A stretch of 64,000 bases of DNA from an uncultured Candidatus Saccharibacteria bacterium (GTDB lineage Bacteria > Patescibacteriota > Saccharimonadia > Saccharimonadales > UBA7683): contig CAZWBG010000002.1 of NCBI GenBank assembly GCA_964632215.1, forward strand, positions 8,561 through 72,560, given 5' to 3'. Both the position numbers and the translations under genes were made by a program. How positions within the stretch are numbered: the stretch's first letter is position 1; each line of letters starts with the position of its first letter. Under the pieces are notes generated by a model. That model saw only the letters and a list, made by a program, of their open reading frames with translations, was not told the origin of the DNA and did not search any database. This document shows, one piece after another, positions 1-7,703 of the stretch.

Positions 1-562
1 TCGGCATAGTATCTTCTGTCATTTCGGTCTCCACCCACCCCGGAGCGACTGCATTCACGCGCACTCCTGCTGTGCCCAAAATAACAGCCAAAGACTTTGT
101 AAGACTCGTGAGTGCAGCCTTGCTGACAGCATACGCGACAGTGTCAAAAGCACCAGTAGAGCCGTCGGTACTAGCTATATTTACGATAGAGGCACCCGCT
201 CTGAGGTTATGTCGGAGCTCATGTACAATTTGGAGCGGTGCTGTGGTATTTACTGCTAATGTTCGATCCCACGTTTCGAGCGAAAGCTGATCCCACTTTT
301 CTAAATATACCTCACCCGCATTATTAATGATTGCATCAAATTTTATATCTTTTAATTCTTCAAGTAGCTTACCTAAACCTTCTCTTTGAGCGATATCTTG
401 TCTGAAGAAGTAAAAATGTTCTGGCTTTTCTTTCAACATGATATCTACATAGCTGTTTTGCTGCTTATCTATAACGTACAACTTGTAGCCTTGCGCTAAA
501 AGATTCTCAGCAATTGCCCGACCTATTCCCTGCGCACCACCAGTTAAAAGTATGTTTTTCAT
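1..562 (-). CDS. Short-chain dehydrogenase/reductase (SDR), C-terminus cut by the window edge
   Basis: Manual reverse translation from the ATG at 562-560 gives MKNILLTGGAQGIGRAIAENL (TGxxxGIG Rossmann motif). AYAVSKAAL (catalytic YxxxK) lies near 120-150. Absent from the ORF track because it runs off the window. Confidence 0.8.
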   Translation of the reverse strand, partial: MKNILLTGGAQGIGRAIAENLLAQGYKLYVIDKQQNSYVDIMLKEKPEHFYFFRQDIAQREGLGKLLEELKDIKFDAIINNAGEVYLEKWDQLSLETWDRTLAVNTTAPLQIVHELRHNLRAGASIVNIASTDGSTGAFDTVAYAVSKAALTSLTKSLAVILGTAGVRVNAVAPGWVETEMTEDTMP

Positions 563-567
563 AGATT

Positions 568-1023
568 TCATTGTAGCAAAGTACTGCCGTCTGCCTGTAG
601 CGTAAGTTCGCTACCCAGCTTCCATATAATGTCAAAGATTGTTCGTTGCTGAGTTGCAAAATCTGCATTCTCAATAACCACTACTGATACGTCAGGCTTA
701 ATTTGATAAAATGCTACCGTGTCGTCAAATAGTAGTATCTCGACTTTAGTCGGCAAAGTCTCCGAGCTAATACACCGCACCCCCATACATTGCTCTATAA
801 AGTCTTTAACCTGCGTCCAAGGACCAAAAGATGTTCTATTCGTTAATTGTTGAATTTGAATATTATTCTCCAGGCACATTTTTCGGATCTTCTCCGCCTC
901 ACCAAACGGTATAATTTCGCCCAGAGAACTAAGCTCAATGATCTTAATGCCATTTTTACTCTTGGCAGACCGAGCATTAACTCTAATGATCTCTTCTATT
1001 TGATTATACCGATCAACTTTCAC
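568..1023 (-). CDS. Hypothetical 151-aa protein; HTH-less homolog of the C-terminal domain of the adjacent TrmB-like regulator
   Basis: ORF track. By-eye alignment to residues ~123-259 of the 1647..2426 product (for example ENADFATQQRTIFDIIWKLG vs YSEKLARQQTQLFNLIWNQA). Overlaps the upstream ORF by 11 nt; the SDR gene follows 5 nt downstream. Confidence 0.7.
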   Translation of the reverse strand: MKVDRYNQIEEIIRVNARSAKSKNGIKIIELSSLGEIIPFGEAEKIRKMCLENNIQIQQLTNRTSFGPWTQVKDFIEQCMGVRCISSETLPTKVEILLFDDTVAFYQIKPDVSVVVIENADFATQQRTIFDIIWKLGSELTLQADGSTLLQ

Positions 1024-1543
1024 TTAGAAGTTCCTCGATGGTATCATGCACTGCGCCTGGATCCACCCTTTCCTCAATCATAGTGGCAACCGACAATATC
1101 GTCTCTATACTGAGACCCACTATGCATCGACCAAATTGATACATTCTAGCATCCACTCCTACTCCGCAGTCATCTTGGTGCTGTGTTTCATGAAAATATA
1201 CTGGCTTAGTGTAGTCTAATACCGTCCTATCACCACCGTATGGGTCGTGACTTTCGCGCTTCCGTGGGAGGTCAGCCGATATATGCACAAGATCATCCAC
1301 GAGTAGTAAGCGATTCCGATTCGGAAACTGCCTCTCACCTCGATTCACCCAGTATCGATTAATACCGACTCCGTATGTTTCAAGATCACTTTTTAAGGCA
1401 TGGAGGTGAAAGTTGAAACGAACACCACTCATAGCCTCTGATTCGTCGGCAATTGTCCATATAGGCTGGTCCGTCTCAGTACCCTCGGCGTCAGCGAGTT
1501 GGACTACATTACCTTTTACTGATTCAGCTGAACGGCTTAACAT
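1013..1543 (-). CDS. Hypothetical protein (176 aa), no family recognised
   Basis: ORF track. AAGGAG Shine-Dalgarno about 8 nt upstream of the ATG at 1543. First gene of a three-gene minus-strand unit. Confidence 0.6.
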   Translation of the reverse strand: MLSRSAESVKGNVVQLADAEGTETDQPIWTIADESEAMSGVRFNFHLHALKSDLETYGVGINRYWVNRGERQFPNRNRLLLVDDLVHISADLPRKRESHDPYGGDRTVLDYTKPVYFHETQHQDDCGVGVDARMYQFGRCIVGLSIETILSVATMIEERVDPGAVHDTIEELLSES

Positions 1544-1607
1544 ACCTGGAACTCCTTATCTGTTAACACTCGTATTGTTGCATACTTTTTCTAGGATGTT
1601 AAAAAGT

Positions 1608-1646
1608 TGTCTGGACATTCAGACATTTATTTGGTATATTAAGCAC
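1608..1646 (+). promoter_or_regulatory. Promoter of the TrmB-like gene with an overlapping palindromic operator candidate
   Basis: TGGACA (1612-1617), 17-nt spacer, TATATT (1635-1640), then 6 nt to the ATG at 1647. Palindrome TGTCTG-N6-CAGACA at 1608-1625 overlaps the -35. Confidence 0.55.
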
Positions 1647-2426
1647 ATGCATGTTGATAACTCACTTGAAAATAAAGTTGTCAGATACTTGAAACAACTC
1701 GGTCTGGAACGTGAACAGGCATTAGTGTACCTGTTCTTGCTACAGAACGGCCCAAATACCGTTTTAGCGATCAGCAGAGGCCTTAAAACGGGCAGAACCA
1801 AGCTTTACCCACTTCTGGAAGAATTAGCCGAAAAACAGCTCATACACGTGCATGAACGGCATTATGGCACCAGTTACGAGGCGCAGCCACCCGAGGTGTT
1901 AGATTTTTTGGTACATGAACACGAGCGAAAAGCCGAAGCACTCAGGAGCTCACTGCCAGCAGCGCTTAATATTCTGAAAAATATCAGCCAGGAATCCCCT
2001 ACTCATACCAAAACCGTTGAGTACCGCGGGGTAGATGGCCTGAAACAAATGAATTTTAACTTGAGCAAAGCGAGTTCAGAGTTTCGAGTCTTCGAACTTG
2101 CCGGGCTAGACAAGCACCTTGGAGGCCACTTTGCCCAAAAGATGCGCGAACGTTACCAAGAACGCAATATTAAGAGTTTTGACCTAACCAACAACCCGAA
2201 CCGCCCAGATGAACCAGGGCTAGAATCACCAAATGCCAAATTCCAATACGTCAACCCAGAAATCTTTAAAATAGAGTTCGAAACCTACATCTATGACAAC
2301 GTTGTCGGGCTACTTAATTACGAAAATGAAGATATTTTTGGTGTTGAAATCTATAGTGAAAAACTTGCCCGCCAGCAAACTCAACTATTCAACCTCATCT
2401 GGAACCAAGCAGCTCCATTCAAATGA
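1647..2426 (+). CDS. TrmB-family winged-helix transcriptional regulator
   Basis: The N-terminus LENKVVRYLKQLGLEREQALVYLFLLQNGPNTVLAISRGLKTGRTKLYPLLEELAEKQLI is typical of a TrmB HTH. Start moved from the ORF-track 1413 to the ATG at 1647, because the 1413 extension overlaps the divergent gene and a promoter sits just upstream of 1647. Confidence 0.8.
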   Translation: MHVDNSLENKVVRYLKQLGLEREQALVYLFLLQNGPNTVLAISRGLKTGRTKLYPLLEELAEKQLIHVHERHYGTSYEAQPPEVLDFLVHEHERKAEALRSSLPAALNILKNISQESPTHTKTVEYRGVDGLKQMNFNLSKASSEFRVFELAGLDKHLGGHFAQKMRERYQERNIKSFDLTNNPNRPDEPGLESPNAKFQYVNPEIFKIEFETYIYDNVVGLLNYENEDIFGVEIYSEKLARQQTQLFNLIWNQAAPFK

Positions 2427-2466
2427 GATGTAACGCTGAAATACACTTAACTCGTAGAGTATAAAT

Positions 2467-2501
2467 TGCTTTTCAATATATAATGTTGTATAATTTAATA
2501 T
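2467..2501 (+). promoter_or_regulatory. Sigma70-type promoter placed for a leaderless mRNA
   Basis: TTGCTT (2467-2472), 16-nt spacer, TATAAT (2489-2494), then 7 nt to the ATG at 2502. Confidence 0.55.
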
Positions 2502-3650
2502 ATGAATGTGCTAGGTGGGGCCGAGAAGCCTCATTTTTATAATATCGTCGAAGGTGTAGCCATTACTGGTAAAGCAGCCTATGAAGATGCGCTATCAAGT
2601 GGCGTAGATCCGACTGACATCGTACCACTTGCCGATGTTCTTTCTGGTGAGTCTAAGCCACTCAATCAGGTAGATCGCCTTCATGTAGATGACTGGCAAC
2701 GCAGCGATCATATCTCTTGGGGCAAGTGGCTGCTAGGCGCAGCATCCGTTCGTCTTACTCGGCAAGTAATGTACAATGCCTACGAAGCTGGGCTGGGCCC
2801 GGAGCCGCAACGCATATACTTAAAATCTCGTAACGCAGCGGAACCACATTTTAAAAATATAAGCCATTTTTATCAAGAAATTGGTGCTGATCAATCACTC
2901 AAGAAGTACGAGTATGATCACTGGACATTCGGTGAGCTTATACAACGTATTAAAACTCTTGCAGATGAGATGGCTGAGCAAGGTCTAAGGCCAACCGTGG
3001 AACAATTCGACAAACTTGCACAACAAGGTCTATGTCCTCGACCCGAACGCATGACTCGCCGATTAACTGGTTGGACATTCGGTGAGCTCATCGATATGAC
3101 TGGCTATCCACAGGTGCAGACGTGGGATGATGATCGTTTTTTGGAATGGGGTATAAAGTTTACTGAGGCTAATGGACGTTTACCATACGGAGGGGGTATC
3201 ATCGCAATCGCTCGGCGTTTCCGAGGACCCTCTGAGCGAACTATCGCCAACAAATATGGTGGTATTTTGGCATATCAGAACAAAGTCATTGAAGTATACG
3301 AAGCCCAGCAAAAACAAAAATCCGAAGAACGGCGCAAAAAACTGGATGTAATAGAATTAGCACAGGAACATGGCGAATTACCCGAGTGCGTTGCAGACCA
3401 GTCCGACCAAGCCAGCATGATACAAATTGCAGCGCGAGTTTGGCTCCTGCAGGCGTTGTTGCCAGATTTATCCCTTACCCAACAAGACTCAGCTGCCAGG
3501 CTTGAAAGCACATCGGCGTTTCTTGCGCGCATCCGTCAACATGGTCGTCATCTGACACCTGCCCATATCGAAGTAATGGCTTCACAAATTGGTGTTTTTG
3601 ATGATATATGGCCACCCGACGACTCATATCTGGAGTACTTACAGGTATAA
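2502..3650 (+). CDS. Hypothetical protein (382 aa) with an internal 50-residue duplication (WTFGELI motif twice)
   Basis: ORF track. WTFGELI at residues 141-147 and 191-197. The underlying DNA shares a 17-nt identical run, tggacattcggtgagct, near 2920 and 3070. Confidence 0.65.
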   Translation: MNVLGGAEKPHFYNIVEGVAITGKAAYEDALSSGVDPTDIVPLADVLSGESKPLNQVDRLHVDDWQRSDHISWGKWLLGAASVRLTRQVMYNAYEAGLGPEPQRIYLKSRNAAEPHFKNISHFYQEIGADQSLKKYEYDHWTFGELIQRIKTLADEMAEQGLRPTVEQFDKLAQQGLCPRPERMTRRLTGWTFGELIDMTGYPQVQTWDDDRFLEWGIKFTEANGRLPYGGGIIAIARRFRGPSERTIANKYGGILAYQNKVIEVYEAQQKQKSEERRKKLDVIELAQEHGELPECVADQSDQASMIQIAARVWLLQALLPDLSLTQQDSAARLESTSAFLARIRQHGRHLTPAHIEVMASQIGVFDDIWPPDDSYLEYLQV

Positions 3651-3678
3651 CTCGCTAAAATAAGTTCATCTCTGCAGC

Positions 3679-4068
3679 CTAGTGGATAAGCTTCGAGTGA
3701 TCACTTAGCCATAAGGCAATAACTGGAATCTCCAAGTGTTCTACGGCAACTCGTACCGCAAAGTCTTCCAGCTGCTTGGGTGTAGCCGTGGGACGATATC
3801 CATTTCGCATTAAAAATATCGTCGATACAGTTACACCACTACGTTTATTGCCATCATAAAATGGATGGTCAGCTATGATATTGCGCATATACACTGCTGC
3901 TTTTTCGTAAATAGTCTCGTACTGATCAGCACCAAATACACTCTGTGCCGGAGCCTCAATAACTGATCTAAGACGCCCTTCATCACGCACACCATGAGCG
4001 CCACCAAAATCTTCTACCACCCTGAAGTGAAGCTGTAAAATCTCCTCAAGTGCTAGGTAGAAAATCAT
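3679..4068 (-). CDS. doc: Doc-family toxin (Fic domain)
   Basis: HPFYDGNKR matches the Fic/Doc motif HxFx(D/N)GNKR. Size is 129 aa. 4-nt overlap with the upstream antitoxin gene. Confidence 0.9.
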   Translation of the reverse strand: MIFYLALEEILQLHFRVVEDFGGAHGVRDEGRLRSVIEAPAQSVFGADQYETIYEKAAVYMRNIIADHPFYDGNKRSGVTVSTIFLMRNGYRPTATPKQLEDFAVRVAVEHLEIPVIALWLSDHSKLIH

Positions 4069-4283
4069 CTCTGAGATAGATTCTTTAAGGTTTCGCCGTA
4101 CTGCTCAACAAATTCAGCATACTCACGAGGCAATTGATCTTCAGCCTGTTTCGGCACAGCCGTGATGACCACTTTCACCTCATCACCAGGTAAAATACCC
4201 AGCTGTCTGAGTTCCTTTGCTGGCAAAGTAATACCCTTGCTGGAGCCAATTTTTATAACTTTTTGCGTAGTTGTAATCTTCAT
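4065..4283 (-). CDS. AbrB/MazE/SpoVT-type antitoxin
   Basis: 72 aa; the N-terminus IKIGSSKGITLPAKELRQLGILPGDEVKV is a typical swapped-hairpin AbrB-like fold sequence. Translationally coupled to doc. Confidence 0.85.
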   Translation of the reverse strand: MKITTTQKVIKIGSSKGITLPAKELRQLGILPGDEVKVVITAVPKQAEDQLPREYAEFVEQYGETLKNLSQR

Positions 4284-4318
4284 ACTTTCATACTAGCATA
4301 CACAGTAAAATATTACAA
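4284..4318 (-). promoter_or_regulatory. Promoter of the antitoxin-doc operon, leaderless geometry
   Basis: Read on the minus strand: TTGTAA (4318-4313), 17-nt spacer, TAGTAT (4295-4290), then 6 nt to the ATG at 4283. Confidence 0.5.
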
Positions 4319-4351
4319 TATTATTATAATGTTTACAGATAAAGATACTAG

Positions 4352-5590
4352 TTACCAAATAATTGTACTAAAGTAATCCTCTACCGTTTCAGCTCGTCGT
4401 AGTAGCTCAAAGCTGCCATCTTCTTTTAGTAACACTTCAGCCGAGCGCAGCAAACCATTGTAGTTAAAGCCCATCACGTGACCGTGAGCTCCAGCATCAT
4501 GTATCGCCAGTAAGTCGCCAGCCATTAACTCTGGTAATGAGCGATCAATGGCAAACTTGTCGTTATTTTCACACAACGATCCTACCACATCATACATTTG
4601 ATCTTGACCTGTACTTTCTTTACCTAGAACTGTTATATGGTGATAGGCGCCGTACATACCCGGACGCATAAGATTGTGCATAGACGCATCTACTCCCACG
4701 TAAGTCTTGTGTTTGTGCATGACATAGCGAACCCTAGTGAGTAAGTAGCCATGCGGACCCGTGACGTACCGTCCGTTTTCAGTAAACACCTGTAATTTTC
4801 TACCGCTTTTTACGAGCGCCGTCTCAATCTTTTTTGCTGCTGCAGAAACATCAAAGGGCGCCTGATCTATGTGATAATTGAGGCCAAAGCCACCACCAAG
4901 ATTAATAAAACTAAACGTGATGTCAGTTGCAGCTTCGATTTTAGCAATAGCATCGAGCAGAAGTTCCGCCGTATCCTCAAAATATTCTGGCTTGAGTTCA
5001 TTAGAGGCTACCATGGTATGCAACCCAAACTCTTTGATATTCAATTTCTTAAGCTGAGTGAACGTCTCAATCAGTGCTTCTATATTCATACCGTATTTTG
5101 CTTCAGTCGGCTCACCAATAATTTCATTACCTGATTTTAAATTTCCTGGATTATAGCGAGCCGCCACTCGTGCAAGTGGCTTATCACCTAAGACTTCCGT
5201 AAAAACCGATAATTGAGCAAGATCGTCAAGGTTCACCGTAGCACCCAGCTCTACAGCAAGCTCAAAATCTTCTTTGGGTGTATTGTTGCTCGTATAGAAA
5301 ATATCAGAGCCTGTGATGCCCATTCTTTGCATCATAAGCAGCTCAGCTCGTGACGAACAATCGAAGCCCATCCCCTCTTCATGTAAAATCTTTAAAATAC
5401 CTGGGGTAGCAGTAGCTTTTATAGCAAAGTAGTTCTTATATTGAGGTGCCCAGGAAAAAGCCTTATTCAAGACACGGGCTGAAGTGCGAATACCTGCCTC
5501 ATCGTATACATATATCGGTGTCTCAAACTCCTCGGTAATGGCCTCCGCTACCTGCATATCAAACGGTAGCTGTAGATCTTTTTTACTCAT
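4352..5590 (-). CDS. Type III PLP-dependent decarboxylase (diaminopimelate/ornithine decarboxylase family, LysA-like)
   Basis: FAIKATATPGIL (PLP-lysine context), NLGGGFG, ENGRYVTGP and GSLCENNDKF are family motifs. Substrate cannot be assigned from the sequence alone. Confidence 0.8.
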   Translation of the reverse strand: MSKKDLQLPFDMQVAEAITEEFETPIYVYDEAGIRTSARVLNKAFSWAPQYKNYFAIKATATPGILKILHEEGMGFDCSSRAELLMMQRMGITGSDIFYTSNNTPKEDFELAVELGATVNLDDLAQLSVFTEVLGDKPLARVAARYNPGNLKSGNEIIGEPTEAKYGMNIEALIETFTQLKKLNIKEFGLHTMVASNELKPEYFEDTAELLLDAIAKIEAATDITFSFINLGGGFGLNYHIDQAPFDVSAAAKKIETALVKSGRKLQVFTENGRYVTGPHGYLLTRVRYVMHKHKTYVGVDASMHNLMRPGMYGAYHHITVLGKESTGQDQMYDVVGSLCENNDKFAIDRSLPELMAGDLLAIHDAGAHGHVMGFNYNGLLRSAEVLLKEDGSFELLRRAETVEDYFSTIIW

Positions 5591-5638
5591 ATTGACATCA
5601 ATTGTATCAGACCAACAGAGTAAAACACACGAGAAAAT

Positions 5639-7318
5639 TTAGTAAAGAGCTCTCCAGGCATACGCATCACCTGCATCTTTTGCGCACACTTCCAGGTCAT
5701 CTTTTGATCCATCTGCCCCGGACGTATACCATAACGTACCTCGACGTGTTTGATCACACGCTGGCTTTGCTCCAGTAGGAGCAAGTGTAATACTTGAGGT
5801 CTTGGCATTCCCATCACTCGCAAGTGTCAACTTACCCGCTTCACTTGTACCAACCATAATAGACCCGGTTTGGTTATTTGTAATATTCGCCCCAAACACA
5901 TAGGCATCATCGGCCGTTACTATGCCCTTATGCCCAACCACGCCAGACCGCTGGGCTCTGGACTGTGATACAACCCTACCACCCGTAAGAGTACTATCGA
6001 TTGCTGTTGGAATAGTAAAAGTAGTAGTATTAGCTCCCGAATCATAGACCACATTTGATATTATCTTTGTAACAGCAAGGGAATTTGAAGTAGCTGAGTT
6101 GAGTGTAAATATAACAGCATCTCCGTTTACGAACTCATTCGTATAATTACCACCACCTATACGTATAGTGGTCCCTCCAGCATCCACCACAAAAACCCTC
6201 TCGATATTACCCACCCTACTATCTGCGCCCATCGCAAACGAGTGATTACTCATGGCTCGTATGCCTGTACCCAGCGCAAGCGATCTTCCACCCATAGCTA
6301 AATTAGGGTAACCTCGTACCCCACCACCGCCAAGTGCCGTAGATGAAGCCCCAGCAGCAATAGCTCTATTCCCAAGTGCTATACTAGAATCACCAGAAGA
6401 AGAATTTTGATAGCCAACTGAAGTAGAGGCTGTCGCTGATGCCATCGCTAGCCTACCAACTGCTAGAGCTTCATTAGCCCCGGTATTTCCGGCACTTGCA
6501 GACGACCCTATAGCCGTAGAAGCAAACGATGAAGCAGTTGTGTCAACACCTATGGCCGTAGATATCCACCCAAGCGCTCGAACACGCCTACCAATAGCAA
6601 TACTATCGCCAGAACCGGTTACCTCACTATTAAAGCCGATAGCAATCGAATAAGGAGCAGCCGCAACCCACGTATCCGCAGTTCGCTGCTGAATGTCTAT
6701 ACTATTCTCTCCTCGTTCATTACCACTTAAATCGCCACCAACTATTGCTCCATTACTCTGACGCGTGAGTATTCCCGTACCACCAATAGCGAAATTCGTG
6801 TCGCTTGAGATAGAACCCGCTACCTGTAAATCTTGTCCAAGTACACCACTGCCCGAAATGTTAATGCTACCAGACTCCTGCGCACCTGGTGTACTAGTCT
6901 GCAAGCTCACACAGCTTCCAGCCAAGCAACCGTCTTTACCGGTCACACCCTGAAAACCTTGAGATCCCTGGGGTCCTGCCGGTCCCCGCAGGCCCTGCGT
7001 ACCCGAAATGCCTTGCATAACAGTATTTTCCTCTTCACCTTCTTTACTACCCTCAGATTCACTGCTGTCCACACTGCCACTATCTGACTCTTTGGATTTA
7101 TCCGATAATTCCGAGAGTATCTCAATACGCTTTGCAATTAACTCAGATTCACTCTTTAACTGCGCAACTTCCTTTGCAATGTCTTGACTTGCGTATGGGG
7201 CTCTCTGATAACTCCGTAAGAAGAACCAAGCGATAAGCCCCGCTGCTACCATTACGCCAATAACCACAACTATATTCAACCTTGTAAAACCCGACTGACG
7301 CATACGTTTCGTAAACAT
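5639..7318 (-). CDS. Membrane-anchored surface protein with a collagen-like G-X-Y tract and YadA-head/Hep_Hag-like repeats
   Basis: N-terminal TM segment FTRLNIVVVIGVMVAAGLIAWFFL. Nine G-X-Y triplets, GISGTQGLRGPAGPQGSQGFQGVTGKDG (nt 6929-7012). Repeated SIAIG/STAIG/SIALG/STALG units (nt ~6209-6652). Confidence 0.75.
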   Translation of the reverse strand: MFTKRMRQSGFTRLNIVVVIGVMVAAGLIAWFFLRSYQRAPYASQDIAKEVAQLKSESELIAKRIEILSELSDKSKESDSGSVDSSESEGSKEGEEENTVMQGISGTQGLRGPAGPQGSQGFQGVTGKDGCLAGSCVSLQTSTPGAQESGSINISGSGVLGQDLQVAGSISSDTNFAIGGTGILTRQSNGAIVGGDLSGNERGENSIDIQQRTADTWVAAAPYSIAIGFNSEVTGSGDSIAIGRRVRALGWISTAIGVDTTASSFASTAIGSSASAGNTGANEALAVGRLAMASATASTSVGYQNSSSGDSSIALGNRAIAAGASSTALGGGGVRGYPNLAMGGRSLALGTGIRAMSNHSFAMGADSRVGNIERVFVVDAGGTTIRIGGGNYTNEFVNGDAVIFTLNSATSNSLAVTKIISNVVYDSGANTTTFTIPTAIDSTLTGGRVVSQSRAQRSGVVGHKGIVTADDAYVFGANITNNQTGSIMVGTSEAGKLTLASDGNAKTSSITLAPTGAKPACDQTRRGTLWYTSGADGSKDDLEVCAKDAGDAYAWRALY

Positions 7319-7424
7319 TTTTATCCTCCTCCTCTAGATACCACAAGCATAATGTAAGTGTCTATAAGTTGTCAGTAATCAAATGATTATGTCTTGCTAT
7401 CTACAAGCCCTCTAATCTGTATCT

Positions 7425-7652
7425 ATGGACGATGAACAAATACTGTTTCTTAAAAAGCTGAGGCAACAACTTGTTACGTTGCGTCACGAAAGCAGTATGA
7501 CACAAGAGAAACTTGCTGAGGAAGCTGGTATTGACAGAGTTGCACTTGCGAATATAGAAACAGGCAGACGCTATCCCACCGTTATCACACTCTATAAACT
7601 TTCTCGCGCTCTACATACGCCTCTTCAAAATTTCTTCAAAAGTGATGCATAA
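7425..7652 (+). CDS. XRE-family helix-turn-helix transcriptional regulator
   Basis: MTQEKLAEEAGIDRVALANIETGRRYPTVITLYKLSRAL is a canonical HTH_3 pattern. Divergent from the surface-protein gene, with a 106-nt shared upstream region. Confidence 0.85.
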   Translation: MDDEQILFLKKLRQQLVTLRHESSMTQEKLAEEAGIDRVALANIETGRRYPTVITLYKLSRALHTPLQNFFKSDA

Positions 7653-7703
7653 ACAAGAAACCCCTAGTAAGAGTTCCGTTTGTTTCTCAGATTAATAGTT
7701 ACA

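Noticed and set aside
1413-1646. N-terminal extensions proposed by the ORF track: 1413 (TrmB-like), 18761 (methyltransferase), 24749 (FemAB), 45774 (greA), 51935 (rpsB), 31589 (murI), 62801 (parA) and 30281 (ftsE).
   Set aside because: The extensions overlap divergent genes or promoter/Shine-Dalgarno elements, use TTG/GTG codons, and add non-homologous residues ahead of conserved family N-termini. Downstream starts were adopted instead.
5587-5823. 78-aa minus-strand ORF overlapping the 3' end of the surface-protein gene and abutting the decarboxylase start. Also 8811..8996 and 8842..9024, which overlap the small membrane-protein gene.
   Set aside because: They are alternative frames of better-supported genes, with no Shine-Dalgarno or promoter and an implausible composition.
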